64,000 bases of DNA from an uncultured Nitrospiraceae bacterium (GCA_963727775.1 CAVSHB010000001.1:1408001-1472000); one strand, 5' to 3'; counted from the first letter of the stretch, positions 20,526 through 31,377 are shown. Notes: generated from the letters alone by a model not told the origin. Numbers and translations: made by a program.

Positions 20526-22289
20526 TTAAAACAAGCCTTTAACCTTGCCGGTCTCAACATCTACATCAACCCTTCTGAAAGCGGGATCAGAGGCGGTCCC
20601 GGGCATTAATTTAACAGCGCCTGCGACAGGCACAATAAAACCGGCGCCCTTATAGGTAAGAATATCACGCACGAAAAGTTTCCATCCCTTTGGAACGCCT
20701 TTTAAATTCGGATTGTCAGAAAGACTAAGGTGTGTTTTGACCATACATGTTCCGAGTTTGGATATTTCAGGGTCGTCTTCCATCCTCTTCGCTTTTGCCG
20801 AGGCTTCAGGCGAGTATTCGACCCCGTCGGCGCCGTATACCTCTTCGGCAATCATCTCGATACGCTTGCGCAATGGCGTAGTCAGTTCGTAAAGGAATTT
20901 AAAATTGTTCGGCTCGTTGCAGGCGTCTATAACGGCATCGGCAAGCTCTAAAGCTCCTTCGCCGCCATATTGCCAGTGCTTTGACAATGCGACCCGTGCT
21001 CCTGCCGACTCAGCAAGTCTTCTTACTGTTTTGATTTCATTGTCCGTGTCGGTGAAAAAGGCGTTGATACAGACTACCGGATTAATGCCCGCTTTCTTTA
21101 CTGTCCTGATATGCTGGGCAAGATTCTCGCATCCCTTTTCAACCCATTCTACATTTTCATTTTTATATTCCGCCGGCATAGGTTTTCCGGGCACGGGAAT
21201 CGGGGCGCCGCCGTGACATTTCAATGCCCTTATTGTAGAGACAATAACAGATGCATTGGGTTTTAAACCTGAAAATCTGCACTTTAGGTTCCAGAATTTC
21301 TCAAACCCTATGTCCGCACCAAAACCCGATTCTGTTATATGGTAATCTCCTAGCTTCAGGCCTATCCTGTCGGCGATGATTGAAGACTGTCCGATAGCGA
21401 TATTGGCGAAAGGACCGGCGTGAACAAGCACAGGCTGTCCTTCGATAGTCTGCATAAGGTTGGGATTTAACGCTTCGACCATCCAGGCCGCCATTGCGCC
21501 TGCGACTTCAAGTGCCTCTGTAGTCACCGGGTTGCCTTTTTTATCATAAGCAACGACGATCTTTCCCATCCGTTCACGCATGTCTTTCAGGTCCTTCGAA
21601 ACCGCAAGGATGGCCATTATTTCCGACGAGACAGCAATGGCGAATCCGGAATTCATCATAAAGCCGTCACTCTTGCCGCCGATACCGATTATTATCTCTC
21701 TCAATGACTGAGCGCAAAAATCCATGATCCATTTCATCTCGACATTACGCGGGTCGATGTTAAGTCTTTGTAACTTACGCTTTGCAAGCTGCTCGTCAGT
21801 ATAGTTGAATTCGTGCTGCATACGGGAGGTAAGGGCCACCATAGCGAGGTTATGCGCGTTCATAATAGCGTTTATATCTCCGGTAAGCCCGAGTGAAAAA
21901 GGCGTCAATGGAATACACTGTGACAGCCCCCCGCCTGCTGCAGAACCTTTGATGTTCATGGTCGGGCCACCTGACGGCTGCCGTATGGCGGCTATAACAC
22001 TCTTGCCTCTTTTTCCGAGTCCTTCGGTGAGGCCCATGGTTGTCGTAGATTTTCCTTCACCGAGAGGTGTAGGAGTGATAGCAGTTACATTAATGTATTT
22101 TCCGTCGGGTTTGTTGTTAAGACGATTCAGTATGTTCTTGAAATCGAGTTTTGCCACATAATGACCGTGAGGAAGGAGTTCCTGTTTTTCCAGGCCCAAC
22201 TCCTCGCTTAATTGATAGACCGTTTTCATGTGAGATTCCGCTGCTTCTGCAATCTCCCAATCTGCATGCTTTGTTGGATCAAGCGGCAT
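20526..22289 (-). CDS. fhs: Formate--tetrahydrofolate ligase
   Basis: [39 protein letters not shown]. Confidence 0.97.
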   Translation of the reverse strand: MPLDPTKHADWEIAEAAESHMKTVYQLSEELGLEKQELLPHGHYVAKLDFKNILNRLNNKPDGKYINVTAITPTPLGEGKSTTTMGLTEGLGKRGKSVIAAIRQPSGGPTMNIKGSAAGGGLSQCIPLTPFSLGLTGDINAIMNAHNLAMVALTSRMQHEFNYTDEQLAKRKLQRLNIDPRNVEMKWIMDFCAQSLREIIIGIGGKSDGFMMNSGFAIAVSSEIMAILAVSKDLKDMRERMGKIVVAYDKKGNPVTTEALEVAGAMAAWMVEALNPNLMQTIEGQPVLVHAGPFANIAIGQSSIIADRIGLKLGDYHITESGFGADIGFEKFWNLKCRFSGLKPNASVIVSTIRALKCHGGAPIPVPGKPMPAEYKNENVEWVEKGCENLAQHIRTVKKAGINPVVCINAFFTDTDNEIKTVRRLAESAGARVALSKHWQYGGEGALELADAVIDACNEPNNFKFLYELTTPLRKRIEMIAEEVYGADGVEYSPEASAKAKRMEDDPEISKLGTCMVKTHLSLSDNPNLKGVPKGWKLFVRDILTYKGAGFIVPVAGAVKLMPGTASDPAFRRVDVDVETGKVKGLF

Positions 22290-22395
22290 TTTAATAACCC
22301 TCCTGTATAAAAGTATTAAGTAGGCAGTAAACAGTAGATAGGTGGTACAGACTCAAAATTAATTCTGTATGCCGCCCACTGTATGCTTACTTAGG

Positions 22396-22851
22396 TCAGT
22401 AGCTGATTAGCGCGCTCAGGAATTTATCGTTCATTCGCCTCAGATTCTTGCTCATGGCGATAGCGATCTTCTTTACTATACAAAGTGCGAGGTAACAATC
22501 TTCTTCCATCATTCTGTCGAAATCTTCTTTTGGGATCAAGAAAAGCTCTGTATCCTCAAGGGCCGTAGCGGAAGCGACATGTTTCCTTTTTTCGAGAATT
22601 GAAAGCTCTCCGAAGAAATGACCGGGTGGCAGAACAACAATGGTCTGCCTCCACCCGTCAGCGGTTATTTTGGATATCTCAATCTTTCCCGAATGGATGA
22701 GCCACAGGCCGTGCGTTTCTTCAGATTCCTTAAATAAGGGCTCGCCTTTTTTGATGAAGACTTCTTTTGCAATTTTGACTATCTTGTTCAGCCCTGCTGT
22801 GTCGATACCTTGAAGCAAAACCTGTTGCTTTAATGCTTCCGGCTTAATCAT
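22396..22851 (-). CDS. Stand-alone cyclic-nucleotide-binding (Crp-type effector) domain protein
   Basis: GHFFGELSIL...HVASATA; no C-terminal HTH; ATGA overlap with fdhA. Confidence 0.85.
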   Translation of the reverse strand: MIKPEALKQQVLLQGIDTAGLNKIVKIAKEVFIKKGEPLFKESEETHGLWLIHSGKIEISKITADGWRQTIVVLPPGHFFGELSILEKRKHVASATALEDTELFLIPKEDFDRMMEEDCYLALCIVKKIAIAMSKNLRRMNDKFLSALISY

Positions 22852-25604
22852 GATCTCCCTCCTTGTTGAATCTGTTTATTTTTGCGTTCTATTTTTACCG
22901 CGCACACTTTAAACTCGGGTATTTTCGAGACCGGATCGAGAGCGGTATTTGTCAATACATTTGCCGCGGCTTCTCTGTAATGGAAAGGCATAAAAACAAT
23001 TCCCTTTATCGGTCGCACGGAAATGGAGACTTTAACATCTATAGAACCTCTTCTTGAGGAGACCTTCACAATCTCGCCGTCATTGACATTTAATATATTC
23101 GCGTCATCAGGATGGATCTCTATAAATGCCGAGGGACATACTGCATTAATCGCGTCGATCTTTCTTGTCATTGAGCCTGTATGATACTGAAAAAGCTGTC
23201 TTCCTGTCGAGAGTAAAAACGGATAATCCTTATCGGGTAATTCATCGGACGGTCTGTATCCCGTGACTGTGAAGGCAGCTTTGCCTCTCGGGAAGCCTCC
23301 CTTAAAGAGATATTGCGTTCCCGGATGGTCCGGTGTAGGGCAGGGCCATTGAAGTCCATTTTGAGCTAACCTCCTGTAAGTTACGCCTCTCAGCGCCGGC
23401 CAGAGTTCCCCTGCCTCACGGAATACATCTTCAATCGAGTCATAAGCCATGTCGTACCCGAGTCTTTTTGACAATTCGGTGATGATGAAAGAATCTTCCT
23501 TTGCCTCACCGGGCGGATCCAGCGCTTTCCTGACTCTCTGGACCATTCTTGCGGTGTTTGTGAATGTCCCGTCCTTCTCTGCAAAGCAGGATGCCGGTAA
23601 TACTACATCGGCAAGCTCTGCCGTCTCCGTCATAAAGATATCCTGGACCACAAGAAGGTCCAACTTTGTTAACGCAGAGATAGTGTGGCTCATATGAGGA
23701 TCGCTAAGAACAGGATTTTCTCCCATAATATATATCGCCCTGAGACTTCCTTCATGGGCTGCTTCGGTCATCTCAGTCGCAGTAAGTCCTTTTTTGTCTG
23801 ATAGCTTGACACCCCATGCCATCTGAAATTTCTGCCTGATACCCTGTATTGCCGTCTTCTGATAGCCCGGATAGAATTCGGGTATGCACCCCATATCGGT
23901 TGCGCCCTGTACATTGTTCTGTCCTCTCAGCGGGTTGACTCCTGTACACTCCCTCCCGAGATTGCCGGTCATTAACGCAAGGTTTGCTATGGCAAATACA
24001 TTTTCGGTGCCGTGTGTATGTTGAGTAATCCCCATTGTGTAATAAATGCCAGGTCGAACGGCATTACCATATATCAGCGCCGCTTTTATGATGTTTTCCT
24101 TCGGCACTCCGGTTATGCTTTCTCCTGTTTGAGGTGTGCAATCGGAAAGGGATTGCCTGATGGATTCAAATCCTTCAGTACGTTCTTCTATGAATTTCTT
24201 GTCTATCAGCCCTTCTTCTACGATGACATGCATAATGGAGTTCAAAAGCGCGATATCGGTGCCGGGTCTGTGCTGCAGCCATAACTTGGAGAACCTCACG
24301 AGATCGATCTTTCTCGGGTCCGCCACGATAAGTTCGGCGCCCCTTCTCACGGCCTTCTTCATTTTGAGTCCTACGATCGGATGGGTTTCCGTCGTGTTCG
24401 AGCCTATTACAAAAATAACATCGTGGTTTTCGGTCTCGGCAATCGAGTTTGTCATCGCTCCGGAACCGAATACCGTGGCCAGCCCGGCCACTGTTGAACT
24501 ATGTCAGTACCGGGCGCAGTGGTCGATATTGTTCGTGCCTATGGCCGCTCTCATTAACTTCTGGAACAGATAATTTTCTTCATTGGTACACCTTGCCGAA
24601 GATAACCCACCGATGGAATCAGCGCCGTATTTGTCCTTTATCTGTTTCAGCTTTGTTGAGATATAATCCAAAGCCTCATCCCACGAAACTTCTTTGAAAA
24701 GATTTGATATTTGATATTTGATATCTGAAGCTCTATGAACATAATCCGGAACCTGATTTTCCTTTGGCGCTATTCTGATCAAGGGCTTTGTGAGCCTGTC
24801 CGGGCTGTGTATGAAACCGTATCCGAATCTTCCTTTCGCGCAGAGCCATCCTTCATTAATCGTGTCTTGTTTCGAAGACACTCTTATGACCTCATTGCGC
24901 CTCACAAAAAGTGTCAGGTTGCAGCCGCAGCCGCAATAGGGGCAGATTGTGTCTACTTCTTTGAAGTGCTGCCTTCCTTTATTCGTCCACATCTTTCCTG
25001 TGAGGGCGCCCGTAGGGCATACCGCAACGCACTGGCCGCAGAACTCGCAGTCGAGGTCCCTTTCAAAAGGCGGGACGATCTTTGTTTTCAACCCTCTGTA
25101 AGCAAAGTCTATGGCCCCGACTCCTTGTATCTCGTCGCATATGCGCACACATTTACCGCAGAGAATACATTTTTCCATATCTCTTTCGACAAATGGATTA
25201 TTGTCCTTCTTTGTATAAATCCTTCTCTCTCCCTCGAAACGGTTTTCCCTGATACCGTAAAAATATGCATATTCCTGGAGTTTGCAGTCTCCGGCCCTTT
25301 CACAGACCATGCAATCTTTCGGGTGATCGGAGAGTATCAGTTCCAATGTTGTTCTCCTCATTTTCTCGAGCTGCGGGCTTGTTGTTATTACTTCCATGCC
25401 GTCCCGCGCAAATGTCGTGCATGCGGTCACGGGTTTGGGCAAACCCTTGATTTCGACAAGGCATAGCCTGCACCCTCCAAAAGGGGAGAGTTCCGGATGG
25501 TGGCAGAGCGTCGGGATAGGGATATCAAGTTTTCTTGCCCCGTCGAGGATAGTGGATAATTTCCTTACGGAAACTTTTTTGCCGTCTATCTTAAGATTTA
25601 CCAT
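22848..25604 (-). CDS. fdhA: Selenocysteine-containing formate dehydrogenase alpha subunit (N-terminal Fe-S domain; Mo/W-bis-PGD)
   Basis: Two track ORFs are in frame across the TGA at 24506-24504: NIDHCARY-U-HSSTVAGL. Also CPYCGCGC, CAKG, RGQNNVQG, PEFKVCAV; SECIS-like hairpin follows the TGA. Confidence 0.93.
24472..24494 (-). promoter_or_regulatory. Putative bacterial SECIS hairpin
   Basis: GUGGCC-GGGCU-GGCCAC stem-loop starting 12 nt after the in-frame UGA. Confidence 0.75.
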
Positions 25605-27386
25605 TTACGCTTTCACTATCGCCTTAAACTTGCATGCGTCAAAACAAGTCCCGCACTTGATACATAGTTCCTGATCAATTTTATGAGGGGATTTTTTTCT
25701 GCCTCTCACCGCGTCTGCCGGACAAGCCCTTTTGCAGGCTTCGCATCCCTTGCAGGCCGCTTCAAGAATGGAATATGAGATCAAATCCCTGCACACCGCT
25801 GCAGGACATCTTTTGTCTCTGATATGCGCTTCATATTCATTTCTGAAATATCTGATAGTGCTCAATACGGAATTTGGAGCAGTCATCCCCAATCCGCATA
25901 ATGAGGCCGCCCTGATATAATGGCCGAGCTCTTCAAGAAGCTCTATGTCTCCTTCTTTCCCTTTTCCCGCCGTTATCCGCTCTAAAATTTCGAGCATCCT
26001 CTTCGTACCGATACGGCAGGGCGTACATTTGCCGCACGACTCGGCCTGTGTGAATTCAAGAAAGAATTTTGCAGTGTTGACCATGCAGCTCGTCTCATCG
26101 AGGACGACCATCCCGCCTGAACCTATGATCGAGCCTGCCTGTGCCAGTGTTTCATAGTCGACCTCTATATCAAGCAATTCAGCTGGAATACATCCGCCGG
26201 ACGGACCGCCCGTCTGTAATGCCTTGAACTCTTTTCCGCCTTCGATCCCTCCGCCTATATCGTAAATTATTTTTCTAAGGGTAACACCAAAAGGGACTTC
26301 GATAAGACCTGTATTCTTTACTTTTCCGGACAGCGAAAAGACTTTGGTCCCGCCGCTCCTGTCGGTCCCGAGCTTTCTGTACCAAGCGGCGCCGTTAAGA
26401 ATAATTCTTGGGATATTTGCAAAGGTCTCTACATTGTTTAACACGGTAGGCCTGTCCCATAATCCTTTTTCCGCAGAGCGCCACATCTTCGGGCTCGGCA
26501 TTCCGCGTTTGCCTTCGATAGAGCGCATCAACGCCGTTGCTTCACCGCAGACAAATGCGCCTGCACCCTGGAATATCTTGAGATCAAAATCAAAATCAGT
26601 GCCGAAAATATTTTTACCGAGGTAGCCGTTCTCATAGCACCGGTCGATGGCCATCTGAAGGCGTCTGACCGCCAAGGGATATTCCGCCCTTACATAGATA
26701 TAGCCGTGATGGGATTCCGTAGCTTTTGCGCCTATGATCATCCCTTCGATGACTGAATGGGGATCTCCCTCCATAACGGACCTGTCCATAAAAGCGCCGG
26801 GATCGCCTTCATCACCGTTGCAGATGACATATTTAATGTCGGACTTGATCTTGAGTCCGAGTTCCCATTTCAGCCCCGTCGGAAAGCCCGCGCCGCCTCT
26901 TCCCCTTAAATTTGATCCCTTGATAATTTCTACAACCTCTTTTGGTCCCATAGATGTGAGGACCTTTTTTGCGGCTTCGTAGCCCCCGACCGCAATATAG
27001 GCATTGATATCCTCCGGATCGATCTCTCCGCAATGGGACAGCACCACTTTCGTCTGCCTTTCGTGGAATTTGTGGTATTCATCTTCGACAACCCATTCTG
27101 TGACGGGCTTCCCATTTATGATATGCTCATTCAGAATCCTTTCGACCATGTCTGCTTTGATGTGCTTGTAAGTGGTTTTTTCACCGTCGATGATGATATC
27201 AACGAGGACATCCTTTGAACAGAACCCCCTGCAACCGACCTTTTCTGCGGAGCACCTTTCAGAAAATGTCGCCTCTCTGCCGGAAGACGATATAGCGTCC
27301 CTGAATGCGGACAACACCATGGCGGCGCCTGAGGCCACGCCTCCGGTGCCGGTGCATACCTTGATTACTATCTCCTTGTTCATCAA
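25605..27386 (-). CDS. NuoF/HydB-like NADH/FMN-binding subunit of the FDH complex
   Basis: LRGRGGAGFPTG, CNGDEGDPGAFMDR, GAGAFVCGE, ESCGKCTPCR, two C-terminal 4Fe-4S motifs. Confidence 0.93.
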   Translation of the reverse strand: MMNKEIVIKVCTGTGGVASGAAMVLSAFRDAISSSGREATFSERCSAEKVGCRGFCSKDVLVDIIIDGEKTTYKHIKADMVERILNEHIINGKPVTEWVVEDEYHKFHERQTKVVLSHCGEIDPEDINAYIAVGGYEAAKKVLTSMGPKEVVEIIKGSNLRGRGGAGFPTGLKWELGLKIKSDIKYVICNGDEGDPGAFMDRSVMEGDPHSVIEGMIIGAKATESHHGYIYVRAEYPLAVRRLQMAIDRCYENGYLGKNIFGTDFDFDLKIFQGAGAFVCGEATALMRSIEGKRGMPSPKMWRSAEKGLWDRPTVLNNVETFANIPRIILNGAAWYRKLGTDRSGGTKVFSLSGKVKNTGLIEVPFGVTLRKIIYDIGGGIEGGKEFKALQTGGPSGGCIPAELLDIEVDYETLAQAGSIIGSGGMVVLDETSCMVNTAKFFLEFTQAESCGKCTPCRIGTKRMLEILERITAGKGKEGDIELLEELGHYIRAASLCGLGMTAPNSVLSTIRYFRNEYEAHIRDKRCPAAVCRDLISYSILEAACKGCEACKRACPADAVRGRKKSPHKIDQELCIKCGTCFDACKFKAIVKA

Positions 27387-27859
27387 TCGCCTGACTTCAG
27401 CTTTTTTATCTCTTTCATCAATTTGTCGAGAGTTATCTTGCCGTGTACTTCGTGGTTAATCAATGTCACAGGGGCAATGCCGCAGGCGCCGATGCAGTTG
27501 ACCTTTTCCACCGTGAATTTAAGGTCCGCTGTCGTATCATCCCCAGGGGGAATGTCAAGCTCCAGTGAAAGCCTGTTGATCAGTCTTTCAGAGCCTTTAA
27601 CATGGCAAGCAGTTCCGCGGCAGACTGTAACCACATTTTTGCCTCTCGGCTTCAGATGAAATTGTGAGTAGAAGGTAGCTGTTCCGAAAAATCTGCTGGC
27701 GGGGATATCAAGCTTTCGTGAAAACCAGTTTACGGCTTCTTCGGGTATATAACCGCATGCTTTCTCAATATCCTGGAGGATGGTTATAATATTACCGTCA
27801 TTTGTTATATAATGTTCAAGTATCTTATTGAAGGTTTCTTGCATAGTTAGAGGGCTCAT
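27383..27859 (-). CDS. NuoE/HydC-like 2Fe-2S subunit
   Basis: ATFYSQF, VCRGTACHVKG, CIGACGIAP. Confidence 0.93.
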   Translation of the reverse strand: MSPLTMQETFNKILEHYITNDGNIITILQDIEKACGYIPEEAVNWFSRKLDIPASRFFGTATFYSQFHLKPRGKNVVTVCRGTACHVKGSERLINRLSLELDIPPGDDTTADLKFTVEKVNCIGACGIAPVTLINHEVHGKITLDKLMKEIKKLKSGD

Positions 27860-28050
27860 TTTTTTATAATGACAAATAAACCCTCCTGATACCAGGGAGG
27901 GTCTTTATTTATATTATCATAATAGAACGGCTCCTTTTCAAGGGAAAATTAGCAGAAGCTAATATTAATTGTATCTGAAACAGTTTTCTTGTTTTTGAAC
28001 AGTTCCTTGTGTTATATAAAAAGATTAAACTAATTTTAAGGATATCTACA

Positions 28051-29016
28051 ATGTTTAAATTCAAACTGTTTTTTGTGACTTTGGTGACATTTGTCGCCAT
28101 GAATTTTCCGGCGCCGGCCCATTCATCCGTTCTCCTCGACCGTGTTGTTGCCGTGGTCAATAAAGAAGTAATAACGTGGAGTGAGCTTTATGAGATGATG
28201 GACTATGAGGCAACAGACCAGGTGAAGGCATTAAAACAGGAGGACCGGATGAAGGTGTTTAAAAACAATGAGGCCCTCTTTCTTGACAGGCTGATTGATA
28301 TAAGACTCCAAATCCAGGATGCCAGGAGACTCGGGTTCGAAGTCACCCCTGAAGAGTTGACCGAGGCTATCGAGTCGATAAAAAAGAAATATTCGTTGAC
28401 CGATGATTTATTTAAGGAATCTCTGAAAAAAGAAGGTCTGACAATTGAAGAGTATAAGAAAAGGCTGTCCGAACAGATACTTGTCAGCCATTTTGTAAAT
28501 CAGCAAATAAAAAACAAGGTCATTGTTTCTGAAGAAGACATAAAAAAATATATCGACTTATCCAAACAGAACTTGAACGATGGCGAGTCTTTCAAACTCA
28601 GAATGATTTTTTTCATGAAACCGAAAGACGACACCGATAGAAAAACAGTAGAGGATAAGGCCTCATTAGTTATACAACGATTGAAAGCCGGGGAGGATTT
28701 CTCGGCGCTTGCCAAAGAGTATTCCGAAGACCCTTCTGCAAAGAATGGCGGTGAACTCGGCTTCATAAAACAAAGCCAGACGGCAAAAGAATTTCTTGCG
28801 GCGCTTTCTAAGATGAATATTGGTGATTTCAGTAGTCCTTTCTGGACGGAAAAGGGACTGCAGATCATAAAACTGGATGAAAAAACAGCCGCGAAGAGCA
28901 TCGACTCAATAAGGGAAGACGCGAAGAAGCAGTTAGCGGAAGACCAGTTTCAGGAAAAGTATAAAAATTGGATAAAAAGCTTGAGAGAAAAGGCGCACGT
29001 AGAAATAAGGCTGTAA
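28051..29016 (+). CDS. surA: SurA-like periplasmic peptidyl-prolyl isomerase
   Basis: Signal peptide, DRVVAVVN, FSALAKEYSEDPSAKNGGELG parvulin motif. Confidence 0.88.
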   Translation: MFKFKLFFVTLVTFVAMNFPAPAHSSVLLDRVVAVVNKEVITWSELYEMMDYEATDQVKALKQEDRMKVFKNNEALFLDRLIDIRLQIQDARRLGFEVTPEELTEAIESIKKKYSLTDDLFKESLKKEGLTIEEYKKRLSEQILVSHFVNQQIKNKVIVSEEDIKKYIDLSKQNLNDGESFKLRMIFFMKPKDDTDRKTVEDKASLVIQRLKAGEDFSALAKEYSEDPSAKNGGELGFIKQSQTAKEFLAALSKMNIGDFSSPFWTEKGLQIIKLDEKTAAKSIDSIREDAKKQLAEDQFQEKYKNWIKSLREKAHVEIRL

Positions 29017-29030
29017 ATTCGGAGGGGACC

Positions 29031-29687
29031 ATACAAGGGGTCAGAATCGGAATACTTGCGTCCGGCAGGGGTTCAAATTTCCAGTCCATCGTTGATGCCG
29101 TTAATAATAAATCACTCAATGCCGAGATTGTTCTTTTAATAACCGACAACCCGTCGGCATATGCCATAGAAAGAGCGAAGAAATACGGCATAGAATATCT
29201 CGTAATGAAGCCCGGTGATTTTAACTCGAAAGATGACTATTTCATCGAGGTAGCGGATAAGCTCCAAAAAAGAGAGATAGGTCTGGTAGTTCTTGCCGGT
29301 TTTATGAGGATTGTCGGGAAAGCCCTAATAGACGCCTTCCCGAACAGGATAATGAATATCCATCCCGCACTCCTTCCGGCTTTCCCGGGGCTGCACAGCC
29401 AGCGACAGGCAATAAAATACAGCGCGAAAATTTCGGGATGTACCGTCCATTTTGTGGATGAAGGCATGGATACGGGTCCTGTCATTATACAGGCCGCAGT
29501 ACCGGTATTTCAGCATGATACAGAAGAGACGCTATCGGAAAGAATACTGGGTCTTGAACATAAAATATATCCGGAAGCAATAAGGCTTTTTTCAGAAGGC
29601 AGGATTGAGATTAAAGGGAGAATCGTAAACATTAAAGGCGATACCTTTGCCGACTGTCATATTGTAAACCCACATCTGCGAAACTGA
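29031..29687 (+). CDS. purN: Phosphoribosylglycinamide formyltransferase (start uncertain: ATA at 29031 or TTG at 28968)
   Basis: ILASGRGSNFQ, LAGFMRI, NIHPALLPAFPG, GCTVHFVD. Confidence 0.95.
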   Translation: MQGVRIGILASGRGSNFQSIVDAVNNKSLNAEIVLLITDNPSAYAIERAKKYGIEYLVMKPGDFNSKDDYFIEVADKLQKREIGLVVLAGFMRIVGKALIDAFPNRIMNIHPALLPAFPGLHSQRQAIKYSAKISGCTVHFVDEGMDTGPVIIQAAVPVFQHDTEETLSERILGLEHKIYPEAIRLFSEGRIEIKGRIVNIKGDTFADCHIVNPHLRN

Positions 29688-29788
29688 TCAGCTTTATTTA
29701 GAATGTCGCGTTATAGCTCTAAAATCACACCGAGATATAGGTCTAACAAACCCGATCTGTTCTACAAAACACGGAAAATGAACACAAC

Positions 29789-30142
29789 ATGAAAGGTACC
29801 ACAAATCTGCAGACACGACTCAAACTCATCGCCGCCATTATCCTGCTGGTTGGGTTAGGTAGCGCCGCCCTAATTTATCTGACGGCGGAGAATGATTCGG
29901 AGAATATTTTGGACAATGAAGATTCCAAGATATATATACATGATTTGGAACTCTATGGTGGAAAAGCGAACGTGCTTGCGAATGAGTTCAAACTCTGGTT
30001 TGAAAAGTTATGGCATGGAAAACAACTTGCATTCACAGTGGCTTGTATTACCATTTTTATATCCTTTGGATTTATATTCTTTTCCAGTCACTTGACATCC
30101 GACCCAAAATCTAATCACCGGGACGAAAACGATCGGGTCTGA
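29789..30142 (+). CDS. Hypothetical two-TM membrane protein
   Basis: Two hydrophobic segments around YIHDLELYGGKAN. Confidence 0.6.
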   Translation: MKGTTNLQTRLKLIAAIILLVGLGSAALIYLTAENDSENILDNEDSKIYIHDLELYGGKANVLANEFKLWFEKLWHGKQLAFTVACITIFISFGFIFFSSHLTSDPKSNHRDENDRV

Positions 30143-30202
30143 ATCATAGGTCTGCGGAAACACGGTATTGCGTTGCTTAGAGAATATCTATATTTAGGCA
30201 CT

Positions 30203-30430
30203 TCAACTCCAGGCCTTTTTATGGGAAACAAGCTCCGACTTCTTGAGAGATTTCTTCCTCTCATCCGCAAGCGCAACCAAAGCTATGTCTTCCTGAATCT
30301 CCAGGGCATCCTCGATTAGGTCCTCGACCAATGAAGACATCGAAAGACCTCTTGCTTCTGAAAGGGTCTGCACATCAGCATAAATACGCGGGGTCAAAAC
30401 GACATTTATACGTGGTTTCTTAGTAGGCAT
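30203..30430 (-). CDS. RHH/CopG-type antitoxin-like protein, apparently without its toxin
   Basis: MPTKKPRINVVL...LIEDALEIQED...SHKKAW; AGGAGG RBS. Confidence 0.7.
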   Translation of the reverse strand: MPTKKPRINVVLTPRIYADVQTLSEARGLSMSSLVEDLIEDALEIQEDIALVALADERKKSLKKSELVSHKKAWS

Positions 30431-30862
30431 AAGCACCTCCTTTCTCTTCTCCATAGTGTAATACAAATAGCACATTTCATAAAAGTTGGGGTAAGATATT
30501 GGCCATGCATATTTAATAACTGCCTGTCTTTTTCGTTAAGGAAAATAAGTGCGCCTCTCTATTCCCTTCATGATTACACGCTGCAAATGTTCTGATGCAT
30601 TAGGGCGGGCCGCTTTTCATGCTTAGTCAACAACTCAACAACGTCCCCTTGTTTCTGGTCTCAAAAGGCGGTGGAAGTAACTCTTTCGGACAGAACTATG
30701 GAAAGCACAATTCTTCCTGAAAGAGAGATTTTGAAATCTTATTCTAAGATGCAACACTACAAACAGAAATCAATAATTTCTGTACCCCCTACCTGAGTAG
30801 GATTGATTTATAATAATAAACCTGTAAACTAACTATTAAGAAACCTATAAAAGAATATTCTT

Positions 30863-31183
30863 TTGGAAAAAAGGCAACAGAAAAGATACACAAGTCGTTG
30901 TGAAATAGAATTCTCAATGAATGGGACTTCTTATAGGGGCATTTCAAGCAACCTATCAATGAATGGACTATTCATAAGAACAAGAAGACCTTTTCCTACA
31001 GATACGGTAACAAACTTAATAGTTCATTTCTCTAACGGATCAACATCAAAATTGAAAGGCATTACAAGACGGGCGCTGAGAAACCCAGTAAATAATCAAC
31101 AAACTGGTATGGGAATTGAGATTATAGAAAAAGATTCTAATTATATTGATTTTATCAATTCTATAATTTCACAGCGCGAGTAA
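30863..31183 (+). CDS. Stand-alone PilZ domain protein
   Basis: RQQKR and NLSMNG motifs; GMGIEI. Confidence 0.8.
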   Translation: MEKRQQKRYTSRCEIEFSMNGTSYRGISSNLSMNGLFIRTRRPFPTDTVTNLIVHFSNGSTSKLKGITRRALRNPVNNQQTGMGIEIIEKDSNYIDFINSIISQRE

Positions 31184-31377
31184 TTCTACAAACTAATTCA
31201 TTGGTTATTTTACCCACTATCCTTGACTGAGAAGATTACCCCCAAAAGTGGACTTCTTCCTGAAATACGCGCAAAAAGAATCTGCTACAATTTGCATAAT
31301 ACAAGTGGTGATTGCTACACTTTAGAAGTGAATTTTTGATACTCTGCGGTCTTGCTATAATTTTGCTACACTAAGTT

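Noticed and set aside
22848..25604. fdhA as two genes or a nonsense pseudogene
   Set aside because: The stop is an in-frame TGA at the Sec position with a SECIS-like hairpin.
27300..27386. Missing second Cys in the N-terminal ferredoxin-like motif of the NuoF-like subunit (CTGTGG)
   Set aside because: The codon is an ordinary Gly, not UGA. Such variants may be common, and no function can be inferred by eye.
30661..30760. c-di-GMP-II riboswitch upstream of the PilZ gene
   Set aside because: Only scattered resemblance (GAAG, GCAC, TGCAAC); pseudoknot pairing not convincing. Kept only as a hairpin note.
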